DNA of 64,000 bases from a virus. Within the stretch, counting starts at the first letter, position 1. Each line of letters starts with the position of its first letter. This document shows, piece after piece, positions 28,416 through 37,897 of this stretch. Below the pieces are notes generated by a model. That model was not told the DNA's origin and did not search any database. It worked only from the letters and a program-made list of their open reading frames with translations. Made by a program: the position numbers and the translations under genes. The DNA is taken from positions 32,001 through 96,000 of the IMG/VR virus record IMGVR_UViG_3300006916_000041, one strand, 5' to 3'.

Positions 28416-28900
28416 TGTTACACAGAATTTATTTGACTATTATTTTTGTAGGAGTACTAGGAGCAGTAGGCTGGTTTGCCTACCAATACTATGTGGACAC
28501 ACAAACTAGGATTGCACAGCTAACAGCAAACAATGCTAAACTAGAAACTGCACTACAAACCACACAGACATCATTTGACACATATCGTACAAATGTACAA
28601 CAAGAAATAGAAGAGTTCAAAGCAGAATTAGTTAGACAGCAAGCATTGAATGACGAGCTTGGTGCTAACTTAAAATCAGTACAAGAAGCCAACAGAAAAA
28701 TTGCTGGCTTATTGGCAAACACAGACATAATTAAAAACAGTTTAGCAGACCCAACACTAAGTGAAAGTAAGATAAATGAACAAGTTGATTTATTCTTCGG
28801 TGCTATTGGTTGCGCTAGTGGGGGTGAGTGCATGCTCCCGGCTCCTACCAGAAAAGGAGATAGTGACAGTTCCAACAGTGGTGGAAACACCACAGATTGA
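28415..28900 (+). CDS. i-spanin (Rz-like)
   Basis: N-terminal TM, long coiled coil, C-terminal Cys; overlapped by a lipoprotein gene. Confidence 0.7.
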   Translation: MLHRIYLTIIFVGVLGAVGWFAYQYYVDTQTRIAQLTANNAKLETALQTTQTSFDTYRTNVQQEIEEFKAELVRQQALNDELGANLKSVQEANRKIAGLLANTDIIKNSLADPTLSESKINEQVDLFFGAIGCASGGECMLPAPTRKGDSDSSNSGGNTTD

Positions 28901-29159
28901 AGCTCCAACTATCCGGATAGTACCAAGACCAGACCCAATTGAAATGCGCAATGCTGATATTGTGGTTGTTACAGAAGCAAATTTAGAACAAGTAATTGCT
29001 CGTGTTAAACAAGAGCAAGGAGACTTTGTGTTGTATGCTATGACTGCACAGAGTTTTGAATCACTGGCATTGAGTTTTGAACAAATTAAAAAGTTCATCG
29101 AAGAGCAAAATGCTGTGATTGTCTATTATGAAAATGCTGTAAAACCCAAAGATGAGTGA
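28776..29159 (+). CDS. o-spanin (Rz1-like) lipoprotein
   Basis: Lipobox VSAC, Pro-rich linker, out-of-frame overlap with upstream gene. Confidence 0.7.
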   Translation: MNKLIYSSVLLVALVGVSACSRLLPEKEIVTVPTVVETPQIEAPTIRIVPRPDPIEMRNADIVVVTEANLEQVIARVKQEQGDFVLYAMTAQSFESLALSFEQIKKFIEEQNAVIVYYENAVKPKDE

Positions 29160-29937
29160 TCCTTACGCTACACTAGGCGTTGGTCGTAATAGTACTGATG
29201 CTGAAATAAAATCAGCCTATAGAAAATTAGCCAAACAACATCATCCAGACATTGGTGGTGATCAGAAAAAGTTTGCTGAAATTAGTGCAGCTTATGACAA
29301 TATCAAAGATGCACAAGCTAGACAAAACTACGAAGCACAACAGTTTGAACCACAAGGATTTGGACAATCACAAAGTTCATTTGGACACAATCCATTTGGA
29401 GATCATTTCAATGATATGTTTGAACAAGTGTTCAGACCTAGACACAATCCCAACACCAGTGTTACATTTCATGTAGAACTTGAAGATGTATACCATTGTG
29501 CAAGTAAAAATGTAAACATAAGTCAGCCAAATGGAATTAACAAACCAATAACTATAAAAATTCCCAGAGGCATCACACACGGAGATCAAGTGCGTTACCA
29601 AGCAATGGGTCCTAACGGCGGGGACTTGCTGGTAAACTTTCAAATTAAACCACACAAAGAATATAGTTTACAAGGACACAATCTTCACAAGAAGTTAAAT
29701 ATTAGTCTTAAAGAAGCATTAATTGGTTCAGAAAAACTTATAAACACTCTTGACAACAGAGGTATAAAATTACATATAAAAGCTGGAACCCAAAGTGGAA
29801 CAAAATTACGAATACCCGAAAGTGGATTACCACGTAGGAATTTGCCAAATGGAGATTTGATAATTGAAGTGAGAGTCAATATACCCAAACTCGATGAACA
29901 AGATTTAAACAAAACTCTTAAAGAAATATTACGATAA
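29152..29937 (+). CDS. DnaJ/CbpA-type co-chaperone
   Basis: J domain with HPD, G/F region, DnaJ C-terminal domain, no Zn finger. Confidence 0.9.
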   Translation: MSDPYATLGVGRNSTDAEIKSAYRKLAKQHHPDIGGDQKKFAEISAAYDNIKDAQARQNYEAQQFEPQGFGQSQSSFGHNPFGDHFNDMFEQVFRPRHNPNTSVTFHVELEDVYHCASKNVNISQPNGINKPITIKIPRGITHGDQVRYQAMGPNGGDLLVNFQIKPHKEYSLQGHNLHKKLNISLKEALIGSEKLINTLDNRGIKLHIKAGTQSGTKLRIPESGLPRRNLPNGDLIIEVRVNIPKLDEQDLNKTLKEILR

Positions 29938-29964
29938 GTATGTGTAACAAGGTATTAATAAAAC

Positions 29965-32205
29965 ATGTCTGAAAGAAAAATTGAACAAATAGTTGAACGT
30001 ACATTTAATCTTAGTAAAGATTACAAACACCAATATGTACAGGTTGAACACCTCTTGGCTATTATTTTAGATGCAGAAGAAGTAGAAGATATACTAATGG
30101 ATCTCGGAGTCGAAGCCAAAGAGATTAGTAGAGAATTGTATGCTTACTTGGAACAAGAAATAGAATCACAGTCTGAGGAAAAAGATCCTAAAAAAACAGT
30201 GATGCTGGAACGTGTTTTCAATAGGGCGTTTACTCAAGCACTGTTTAATGGAAGAAGCAATCTAGATCCCAGAGATTTGTTTATTAGTATCCTCAGTGAA
30301 AAACAAAGCCCAGCATGCTATTTGTTGAGTGTACACGGCATTACCAGAGAAAGTGTAGTACAATATCTGAGTGATCCTGAAATTCAAGAAATACCAGAAA
30401 ATGTTACAAGTAACAAACCCAGCAAACAAGAGAGATTGCTCAAAAAGTATTGTGCTAATTTAAATGAACAAGCGGTAACTGGAGAGATAGATCCTATTGT
30501 TGGCAGAGAAGAACAATTAGAAGCACTAACACAAACTATTGCTAGACGTAAAAAGAACAACGTAGTACTAGTAGGTGAAAGTGGTGTTGGTAAAACTGCT
30601 ATTGCAGAAGGATTGGCATATCTTATTAACGAAGACAGTGTGCCGGATATTATCAAGAATCACACTGTTTACAGTTTGGACATTGGTGCACTACTAGCAG
30701 GTACAAAATTCAGAGGTGACTTTGAAGAAAGATTGAAAGAAGTACTGGATATATTAGAAAGCAGAGACAATACTATATTGTTTATTGATGAAATACACAT
30801 GATCATGGGTGCAGGTAATGCAGGACAAGGTGCAATGGATGTTGCTAACTTGCTAAAACCAGCACTGCAAAAAGGCAAACTACGTTGTATTGGTTCAACA
30901 ACATATGAAGAATATAGAGAACATTTTGAAAAAGACAAGGCACTTAATAGAAGATTTTACAAAGTAGATGTGCCAGAACCTACACCAGAAGATGCAAAAC
31001 GTATTGTTGTAAACAGTATACCTGCATACGAGCTGTATCATAATATTGCATACACACAAGATGCACTGCACGGTGCAGTAGATCTCACACACCAGTACTG
31101 GCACAACAAGTTTTTGCCTGACAAAGCGTTTGATGTGTTAGATGCAGCCGCAGCAAGACAAAAACTATTACCAGCAGAACAACAAAAACCTGTGTTAGAT
31201 TTAGATGATATACGCTACGAAGTAGCACGTATGACACGTATACCTATTGATCAATTGGTGTTGACCAAAGACAGTGAGTACAAAAAAGAACAACAGATTG
31301 ATATTGAACAAGCACTGAGGGTTAAAGTGTTTGGGCAAGACGAAGCGTTAGAAAGATTGGCTGACAGCATTTACATTGCCAAAGCAGGTCTTAAAGATCC
31401 TAATAAACCAATTGGCAATTATTTGTTCACAGGTCCCACAGGCGTTGGTAAAACTGAAACTGCTAAACAGCTCAGTGAAATTATGAGCATGGAACTTGTA
31501 CGTTTTGATATGAGCGAATACCAAGAACGTCACACAGTTGCGAAACTGATTGGTGCACCTCCAGGGTATGTAGGATACGGTGAAGGCGGACAAGGCAGTG
31601 GATTGTTGATCAACAAACTAGAAGAACATCCTAACTGTATTCTACTGTTGGACGAAATTGAAAAAGCACACCCAGATGTAAGTAATGTGCTATTGCAGAT
31701 CATGGACAATGGTATGATTAGTTCAAGCGATGGTAAAACTGTTAGTGCAAGAAATGCTATTGTTATCCTTACAAGTAATTTGGGTGCTAGAGATGCAGAA
31801 AAGAATTTGATTGGATTTGGTCAAGGTAAAAATGAAAGTGCAAACGAAGAAGCTGTGAACAGTTTCTTTGCCCCTGAATTTAGAAACAGACTTGATGCAG
31901 TTGTACAGTTCAAAAAACTAAACCAAAAACTAATGTACAGTGTAACAGAAAAATTTATCAAAGAGCTGGATGCTATGCTAGAGCCTAGAAATATTGTATT
32001 GGAGTATGACCAGGAAGTGATTGAATGGTTGACTGCAAAAGGATTTACAGAAACAATGGGTGCAAGACCAATGGCAAGAGTTATAAACGAAAAAATCAAG
32101 AAACCATTAGCCAAACAAATATTGTTTGGTCAAGATGTAGACTTGGTTAAATTGAGTATACAAGAAGATGACATCAATATCCAAACAGATAAGGTCCAGA
32201 GCTGA
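29965..32205 (+). CDS. clpA: ClpA-type AAA+ chaperone
   Basis: GESGVGKT and GPTGVGKT, AGTKFRGDFEER, LIGAPPGYVG, IGF loop; ATAAGTA at 29934. Confidence 0.92.
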   Translation: MSERKIEQIVERTFNLSKDYKHQYVQVEHLLAIILDAEEVEDILMDLGVEAKEISRELYAYLEQEIESQSEEKDPKKTVMLERVFNRAFTQALFNGRSNLDPRDLFISILSEKQSPACYLLSVHGITRESVVQYLSDPEIQEIPENVTSNKPSKQERLLKKYCANLNEQAVTGEIDPIVGREEQLEALTQTIARRKKNNVVLVGESGVGKTAIAEGLAYLINEDSVPDIIKNHTVYSLDIGALLAGTKFRGDFEERLKEVLDILESRDNTILFIDEIHMIMGAGNAGQGAMDVANLLKPALQKGKLRCIGSTTYEEYREHFEKDKALNRRFYKVDVPEPTPEDAKRIVVNSIPAYELYHNIAYTQDALHGAVDLTHQYWHNKFLPDKAFDVLDAAAARQKLLPAEQQKPVLDLDDIRYEVARMTRIPIDQLVLTKDSEYKKEQQIDIEQALRVKVFGQDEALERLADSIYIAKAGLKDPNKPIGNYLFTGPTGVGKTETAKQLSEIMSMELVRFDMSEYQERHTVAKLIGAPPGYVGYGEGGQGSGLLINKLEEHPNCILLLDEIEKAHPDVSNVLLQIMDNGMISSSDGKTVSARNAIVILTSNLGARDAEKNLIGFGQGKNESANEEAVNSFFAPEFRNRLDAVVQFKKLNQKLMYSVTEKFIKELDAMLEPRNIVLEYDQEVIEWLTAKGFTETMGARPMARVINEKIKKPLAKQILFGQDVDLVKLSIQEDDINIQTDKVQS

Positions 32206-32893
32206 CTTTAAGTTAAACACCAAAGTATTTTATAAAAAACACACCTGGAGAGTTGAATTTTTTCAGCCAAAGTGGCGTGAAGCTAGTAGTGAAATCATAA
32301 AAAACTCTTGGTATAGAAATAGAAAAATATATGATTATCTAGAATATCACGAACTTGCGAGTTGGAAAGTGAGATCAGACAGTAGTTACTTTGTATACTT
32401 AACCAGACCTGACCGAATACCAGAACTGTTAGCTCAATGGGGTGAAGATGTAATCGAAATAAGAGGCCCTATCAATGATCGTCACCAAGATATCATGCTT
32501 GCTGATTTACAAGTTGTTACTAGAAAACAACTTTGGTATGGTCAATATAGATATAAAATAAGTAGTACTCAACACGGTAGCACTGATCAAGCTGTGTTTC
32601 AAGAAATGCAGGAATTTTGCGACGAAAGTTTTGAACATGGAACTTATAAAATAAACAATGTATTAAAAAGATCTAGTAAATCAGCTCAACAAAAACTGAA
32701 ACAATTGCAAGCCAACTATACCACAGCCAGCGGTTATCAAGGTAACTTGTTTTCAGCATACAGATGGATGCCTTATACTGCAACAGGCAGTATATATCTT
32801 ACCAATCATGACGATGTTGTTACACTGCATATGATGTTTAAACCTCATATTACTTCAAGTCAAAAAGTTGTCACCTTCGACGAATTAGAATAA
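32168..32893 (+). CDS. Hypothetical protein
   Basis: 241-aa ORF in operon. Confidence 0.6.
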   Translation: MTSISKQIRSRADFKLNTKVFYKKHTWRVEFFQPKWREASSEIIKNSWYRNRKIYDYLEYHELASWKVRSDSSYFVYLTRPDRIPELLAQWGEDVIEIRGPINDRHQDIMLADLQVVTRKQLWYGQYRYKISSTQHGSTDQAVFQEMQEFCDESFEHGTYKINNVLKRSSKSAQQKLKQLQANYTTASGYQGNLFSAYRWMPYTATGSIYLTNHDDVVTLHMMFKPHITSSQKVVTFDELE

Positions 32894-32917
32894 ATATATG
32901 TAGAAAGGTGATTTACT

Positions 32918-33085
32918 ATGGCAAAATTAAACGAAGACATGGTTGTTATCAAAGTCAGCGAACTGCTAAAAGATAGCGATGATGATCGAAAAATCTTGAA
33001 CCACGAAATAGTAAGTACTATTGAGGCCGCAGTACAAGAACTTGTAGGTGCTGGCAAACTAGTAGAGATTATACAAGAACAATGA
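32918..33085 (+). CDS. Small late protein (55 aa, not in ORF track)
   Basis: ATAAATA at 32890, AAGGTG RBS, MAKLNEDMVVIKVS. Confidence 0.6.
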   Translation: MAKLNEDMVVIKVSELLKDSDDDRKILNHEIVSTIEAAVQELVGAGKLVEIIQEQ

Positions 33086-33462
33086 GCGACAGTATTGAAA
33101 TATTATCACACACTGCTAGCCTAAGTTACACAGGCGATAAAGCCAAAGGCGATGGCTACTACAACACCAGCGATGGATTACACACAGTTGCATGGTATTT
33201 GACTAATTTTTTAGGTAGAATATACATGGAAGGTAGCTTGGTGACTGAACCAACCGACAGTGACTGGTTTGTAATTCCAATTGGTAGTGGAACTGATTAT
33301 AAAGAATATACAAGTCAAACAACAGTAACTGAAGCATTCAATTTTACAAACAATGCTGTTTGGGTTAGAGCTAGAGTGGACAGAAGCGCACTAGATCCTG
33401 CGCCAGGTAGCTATGATCAATCATTGCATGGAACAGTAGAAAAGGTTTTATTAAACCGCTAA
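33082..33462 (+). CDS. Probable virion protein
   Basis: KGDGYY..SDGLHTV, VWVRA; late operon. Confidence 0.55.
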   Translation: MSDSIEILSHTASLSYTGDKAKGDGYYNTSDGLHTVAWYLTNFLGRIYMEGSLVTEPTDSDWFVIPIGSGTDYKEYTSQTTVTEAFNFTNNAVWVRARVDRSALDPAPGSYDQSLHGTVEKVLLNR

Positions 33463-33483
33463 ATATTAGCGAGAGGGCAGCAC

Positions 33484-33804
33484 ATGAAGGCTAGAGAATT
33501 TACAATTAACGTTCCTATCAACATTAAAATCAATGGCGATGGAGATCCTGAGATTGATGTAGCAGGCGAAAATCCTGAGGAGCCACAACCTGGTCAAGAT
33601 GTGCTGGATCCTAATCCAGTGATGGTACCTCCACTACAGCAAAATATTGAATTGAAAAAAGCAGCCTTGGGCAAAGAAGGCGATGTCGTTGATAAAATAA
33701 CACAAGATCAGGATCAAAGTGATCCACTTGAAGATGTTGACGACGGCAAAAACAAACTAGTAGGAGTAGTGTTCGCTGGAGACGACAGCCATTTAGAGGA
33801 CTGA
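33484..33804 (+). CDS. Acidic late protein
   Basis: CTAAATA at 33459; MKAREF start, PPLQQNIELKK. Confidence 0.6.
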   Translation: MKAREFTINVPINIKINGDGDPEIDVAGENPEEPQPGQDVLDPNPVMVPPLQQNIELKKAALGKEGDVVDKITQDQDQSDPLEDVDDGKNKLVGVVFAGDDSHLED

Positions 33805-33808
33805 TCCG

Positions 33809-34471
33809 GTGCCTATTCAAAAGTTTAACACCAGTGAAAAGCGCAACATAGATGTAGCCCAGTTTGTGGGAGACAAAGATCGTTTGTTCTTTGATGTTGC
33901 AACACGTACATTCAGATTGAGTGATGGTGTTACTCCAGGTGGTCTAGTAATCAATACCAGTGGAGGAGGTGGGGGTAGTTTAACAGGTATCAATGACTAC
34001 ACAACTGGTCCTGTTATGACTCTCACTGATGTAAATGTTAATGTTGAAAACAGTTTTACCATTGAAAGTGACGAGGGGTTAAATCCTGTCAAATCCACAA
34101 GTTATGTACTTTATGGAACAACTACAAATGGTTCTCCTACAGAACTATTCAGAGATGCAAACAACACAAGAATAGCTTGTGTTAGTCAAACCACATACTT
34201 TTATGAAGCTGACATAGTTGCACGTAATGATACAACACCAGATCACGCTGCATTTAGAATAAAAGGTGCTATCGATATAACACAAGCAGGTGTAACATCA
34301 GAACTCAACACACAAAAAGAAATTATTCATGCAGGTACTAATTATCAATACGATGCAGAAGTAATAGCAGACGATACCAACGATGCTATTGTGATACGTG
34401 TTGTAGGCGAAGCAAACAATACACTACGGTGGAGTGCTATTGTAAAAGTCACTGAAGTTACCCATACATGA
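33809..34471 (+). CDS. Tail-fibre/baseplate-like structural protein
   Basis: RLSDGVTPGG N-terminal motif, Gly linker, beta-rich C-terminus. Confidence 0.6.
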   Translation: MPIQKFNTSEKRNIDVAQFVGDKDRLFFDVATRTFRLSDGVTPGGLVINTSGGGGGSLTGINDYTTGPVMTLTDVNVNVENSFTIESDEGLNPVKSTSYVLYGTTTNGSPTELFRDANNTRIACVSQTTYFYEADIVARNDTTPDHAAFRIKGAIDITQAGVTSELNTQKEIIHAGTNYQYDAEVIADDTNDAIVIRVVGEANNTLRWSAIVKVTEVTHT

Positions 34472-34528
34472 TAAATAAATGTATAAGTTCACACGATGAT
34501 GTGAGCGAGAGAAACAGGAGAAGTTAAA

Positions 34529-34795
34529 ATGGCTTTAACATCAAACGCAGCCCACAAAGCAGGCAACGGCCTAGGTAGCCGTACACAAATCATCAGCAGT
34601 GCAACTATTGCTGACCAAGCAGCTCTAGACACATTCGGCAAAGCAATTGCTGCTCTAGGACACACAATCGCAGCAGTCGACGGTGCACACGGTGGCACAA
34701 TGCACTTTGCGATCCAAGGTGGTCCACTACCAATCTCAGCAGGCGCATATGCAGGCGAAACAGTAGCAGCAGTTTGTGACTTCGAAGAAGCATAA
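34529..34795 (+). CDS. Ala-rich late (structural) protein
   Basis: ATAAATA at 34471, strong RBS, own terminator. Confidence 0.6.
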   Translation: MALTSNAAHKAGNGLGSRTQIISSATIADQAALDTFGKAIAALGHTIAAVDGAHGGTMHFAIQGGPLPISAGAYAGETVAAVCDFEEA

Positions 34796-34819
34796 GATTA
34801 GCTGATATCTTTTAAAGAG

Positions 34820-34855
34820 AAAGCCTCGCAACCAGCGGGGCTTTTTTTATAAATA
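34820..34855 (+). terminator. Intrinsic terminator fused to TATAAATA late promoter
   Basis: AAAGCCTCGC/GCGGGGCTTT stem, T-tract running into TATAAATA (34848-34855). Confidence 0.8.
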
Positions 34856-34878
34856 CTGCTAATATAAAGGAGACAGTT

Positions 34879-35211
34879 ATGGTAGCAAGAGCAGCAAATA
34901 ACTTAGTAGCATTTGGACACACCAATGGTATTGCAGCTGATATAGAAATGTTTACAATCGACGGAGGCGCAACACTAGCAAACGAAACCAATCCAGGCGA
35001 GGCAATGGACTTTATTGTCAGAGTAATTGAAGAAAAAGCAAACATTCTAGCAGTAGGTGCAGAAGACGGCGCTGGAGGATTTAGAATCATGCTACACGGT
35101 GGAAAATGGACAGCCAGTGATCTACAAACAGCAATTCAAGCACTGGGTGCAACGGTAGGCACAAACAGCTACGATGCAAGTGGTGCAACAGTAACAGATT
35201 TTACATTCTAA
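34879..35211 (+). CDS. Late structural protein
   Basis: AAGGAG RBS; LQTAIQALGATVG. Confidence 0.6.
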   Translation: MVARAANNLVAFGHTNGIAADIEMFTIDGGATLANETNPGEAMDFIVRVIEEKANILAVGAEDGAGGFRIMLHGGKWTASDLQTAIQALGATVGTNSYDASGATVTDFTF

Positions 35212-35237
35212 AAACAGAAATGTTCCCCCCAGGAAAG

Positions 35238-35273
35238 AGGGCGTACTCAGGTGCGTCCTTTTTTTTATAAATA
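35238..35273 (+). terminator. Intrinsic terminator fused to TATAAATA late promoter
   Basis: AGGGCGTAC/GTGCGTCCT stem, T8 then ATAAATA. Confidence 0.8.
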
Positions 35274-35300
35274 CTAGTGCAGACAGAGGAGTTTGAAACC

Positions 35301-35651
35301 ATGAATCAAAATAGTTTTTGGTGGTATGCACCAGAGTATTTTAGTAGATGGAGACTGTTTCCGAGGGCTTTTATAAGCATGTACATTTATTTGCTTTACG
35401 AAGTATGTACATGGTTTATGGCACTGGCTGAACCAAACAATGCACAAGCAGGACTAGTGAGTGTGGTCGTGGGTGCAGGTGCAGCTTGGTTTGGTCTTTA
35501 TGTAAACAGTACCAGTAGTAAACATGTTGAAGTGCCACAACAACAAGGTTCAATGCCCGGTAGTTCTAACTCAACTACAACTAGGGTAAATATAGATACA
35601 ACAGAAACACTAGTAGATGATGATCTACCACCACCAGTAAGAAGAATGTAA
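35301..35651 (+). CDS. 2-TM membrane protein
   Basis: RWRLFPR, VVGAGAAWFGLY. Confidence 0.65.
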   Translation: MNQNSFWWYAPEYFSRWRLFPRAFISMYIYLLYEVCTWFMALAEPNNAQAGLVSVVVGAGAAWFGLYVNSTSSKHVEVPQQQGSMPGSSNSTTTRVNIDTTETLVDDDLPPPVRRM

Positions 35652-36208
35652 TGCAAGATTTCTATATTCAACAACGTACACAAAAAACACTAAACGCTGA
35701 AGAAATTCAGCGTTGGTTCTTCACTGTGGTAATGCTAGCACCAGAAGGTGTTGTTGCAGGAGATGATGAAACTGCTGAATTTATGTTAGCAGCACAAGCA
35801 GAAGATTACATATATCGTATTCCGCTATCAAGACATCTTACCGCAGATGAAGCTGAACGTATTGTTGTTGGATATATGAGAGTTACTGAGCATGACTTTG
35901 AAATTGAAACCAGTAATGTGTATCGTGCAGACGCAGACTTCGGACATCCATTCGAAGCAGACATAACCATGGACGAAGGTGCTAGAGATGTACTACAACA
36001 ATCATATGCTAGACAAGCACACAATGAGTGGATACAGGAAATGATGGGCCAGGGATATCGTTATGGTCTTAACATGAGTGTAAACGAAAAAACACATCCA
36101 GCTATGAGACCTTATGATGACCTTCCTGAAAACTACAGAAAAATGCCTCAAATAAACGATCAACGTTTGTTAGACTACTACAGTTTAAACATCAGTAAAT
36201 TTTCTTGA
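35651..36208 (+). CDS. Protein with C-terminal RyR (ryanodine receptor repeat) domain
   Basis: AHNEW...GYRYG....KTHPAMRPYDDLPE. Confidence 0.7.
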   Translation: MQDFYIQQRTQKTLNAEEIQRWFFTVVMLAPEGVVAGDDETAEFMLAAQAEDYIYRIPLSRHLTADEAERIVVGYMRVTEHDFEIETSNVYRADADFGHPFEADITMDEGARDVLQQSYARQAHNEWIQEMMGQGYRYGLNMSVNEKTHPAMRPYDDLPENYRKMPQINDQRLLDYYSLNISKFS

Positions 36209-36233
36209 CATCTTGAATAATATACGCTATAGT
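36205..36233 (+). promoter_or_regulatory. Sigma70 promoter of UV endonuclease gene
   Basis: TTGACA-17-TATAGT; GACATCTTG overlaps the -35. Confidence 0.65.
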
Positions 36234-36265
36234 GTATAAAGTGAAATTATATGACGGAGCGTAAT

Positions 36266-37300
36266 ATGACTAGACGAATTGGATTTGCATGCAAGTACAT
36301 GCATCCTGATCAAAATCAGCCCAAGAAGATACTAGAAGAACTACAGCGTCCGTTGAACGAAAAAGCCACAACTATTACATGGCTTAACAATCAAACACAA
36401 GAAGTAGCAGAACAACGCCTGTGGGATATTATGGAACACAATGGTAAGGCTGCACTGCGTCTTGTAGAATATGTTGGAGGATTACCTCATGAATTACGAA
36501 TGGTCCGCCTTGGGTCAAATCAGCTTCCTGCTTATACTCAGCGGGACTGGAGTTATTATTGGCGCAAGCCTGATGTCAGACAAAGAGCCGAACAACTCTA
36601 TGCAAGAGTGGGTCAAGCTGCACGTGAGCTTGATGTTCGCATGTCTATGCATCCTGGCCAGTTTACTGTTCTTGCAAGTGATAGCCCTGATATTGTAAAT
36701 AGAAGTATAGAGGAGTTTGAATATCATGCGGATATCATCAGATACATGGGCTACGGTAAAACTTGGCAAGACTTCAAATGTAACGTCCACATCTCAGGTA
36801 GACAAGGTCCGCAAGGCATCAAAGACATCCTTCCAAGATTGTCTCCAGAAGCACGAAACTGTATTACTATCGAAAACGACGAAAACTCCTGGGGACTCGA
36901 CGCAAGCCTAGAGCTTGAAAAACATGTAGCATTGGTGATCGACATACATCACCATTGGGTTAAAACTGGAGAATATATTGAACCTGATGATGACAGGGTT
37001 AAGAGAATTCGTGATAGCTGGCGTGGTGTTCGCCCTAGTATGCATTATAGCATATCTAAGGAAACTTATATCACAGAACATAGACACGACACAAGGCCGT
37101 CCATGGAAGATCTCTTACAGCAAGGATACAAAAAAGCTAAACTAAGAGCACACAGCGATATGTGCTGGAATTATGCCTGTAACAATTGGGCATTGAGTTT
37201 TTGGGATGATTTTGATATCATGGTAGAAGCCAAACACAAGAACTTGGCTAGCGCACAGCTCTACAAACACTATCTTCAATTAGCACACAATCAGCACTAA
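36266..37300 (+). CDS. uvsE: UV damage endonuclease UvdE/UvsE
   Basis: RIGFAC, SMHPGQF, IENDE, DIHHHW, HYS, RAHSD, MVEAKHK. Confidence 0.92.
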   Translation: MTRRIGFACKYMHPDQNQPKKILEELQRPLNEKATTITWLNNQTQEVAEQRLWDIMEHNGKAALRLVEYVGGLPHELRMVRLGSNQLPAYTQRDWSYYWRKPDVRQRAEQLYARVGQAARELDVRMSMHPGQFTVLASDSPDIVNRSIEEFEYHADIIRYMGYGKTWQDFKCNVHISGRQGPQGIKDILPRLSPEARNCITIENDENSWGLDASLELEKHVALVIDIHHHWVKTGEYIEPDDDRVKRIRDSWRGVRPSMHYSISKETYITEHRHDTRPSMEDLLQQGYKKAKLRAHSDMCWNYACNNWALSFWDDFDIMVEAKHKNLASAQLYKHYLQLAHNQH

Positions 37301-37309
37301 ATACTAGTG

Positions 37310-37390
37310 TCCGATAGTACTCATGAGAGGACTTATGGGGTTCCCACCCCGTAGCGACTAGAACTCGCATAGGACTTCTTTTAAGGAGAA
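37310..37390 (+). ncRNA. Putative structured 5' leader
   Basis: After CTAAATA (37297): hairpins TATGGGG/CCCCGTA and GCGA/TCGC inside an outer helix, next to AAGGAG. Confidence 0.4.
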
Positions 37391-37395
37391 AACAA

Positions 37396-37836
37396 ATGGG
37401 AAGACCACTTAATAAAAGATATTTCGGAGCACCTACAGCAGGCGGTAACGAAATCAAAGTTCAGTTTAATGCAGGCTCTGGCTCAACACCAGGTTACATT
37501 GTAAAGCAAACTGGTTCAAAGCGTTTCAAAGTTTCAAACGCAGGCGGCACAGATACAGGTACTTGTTATCTAGTAGATAAAGCAAGTGCTGATTTGCTAG
37601 AAGGTGAAATGTCAATTGTTGTTGATGATAACGGCACAGCTCGTCAAGTCACAAAAATCTCAGGACGTAAAGTAACACTTGATAACGGTACTGTTACAGG
37701 TTGGGACTTCACAGGCGCTGGCGATTATGTAGCAATTGAAGAAGCTGGTACAGGTATTGGCGCAGGTGTTGACGCAATTCTTGGCACAGCAGACGATACT
37801 CTGGACGGTGCTGACGATATTGAAGGCGACGGCTAA
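37396..37836 (+). CDS. Probable virion protein
   Basis: MGRPLNKRYFG, YIVKQTGSKRF; late promoter. Confidence 0.6.
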   Translation: MGRPLNKRYFGAPTAGGNEIKVQFNAGSGSTPGYIVKQTGSKRFKVSNAGGTDTGTCYLVDKASADLLEGEMSIVVDDNGTARQVTKISGRKVTLDNGTVTGWDFTGAGDYVAIEEAGTGIGAGVDAILGTADDTLDGADDIEGDG

Positions 37837-37897
37837 CATCTTTTCTTAAACTTACACCCTTGGCTAAATACTATAAAGTATTACCAAGGGTGTTCTT

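Noticed and set aside
35829-35840. Extra AAGACATCTT box (similar one at 13052-13062)
   Set aside because: Inside CDS with no properly spaced -35/-10; may be chance
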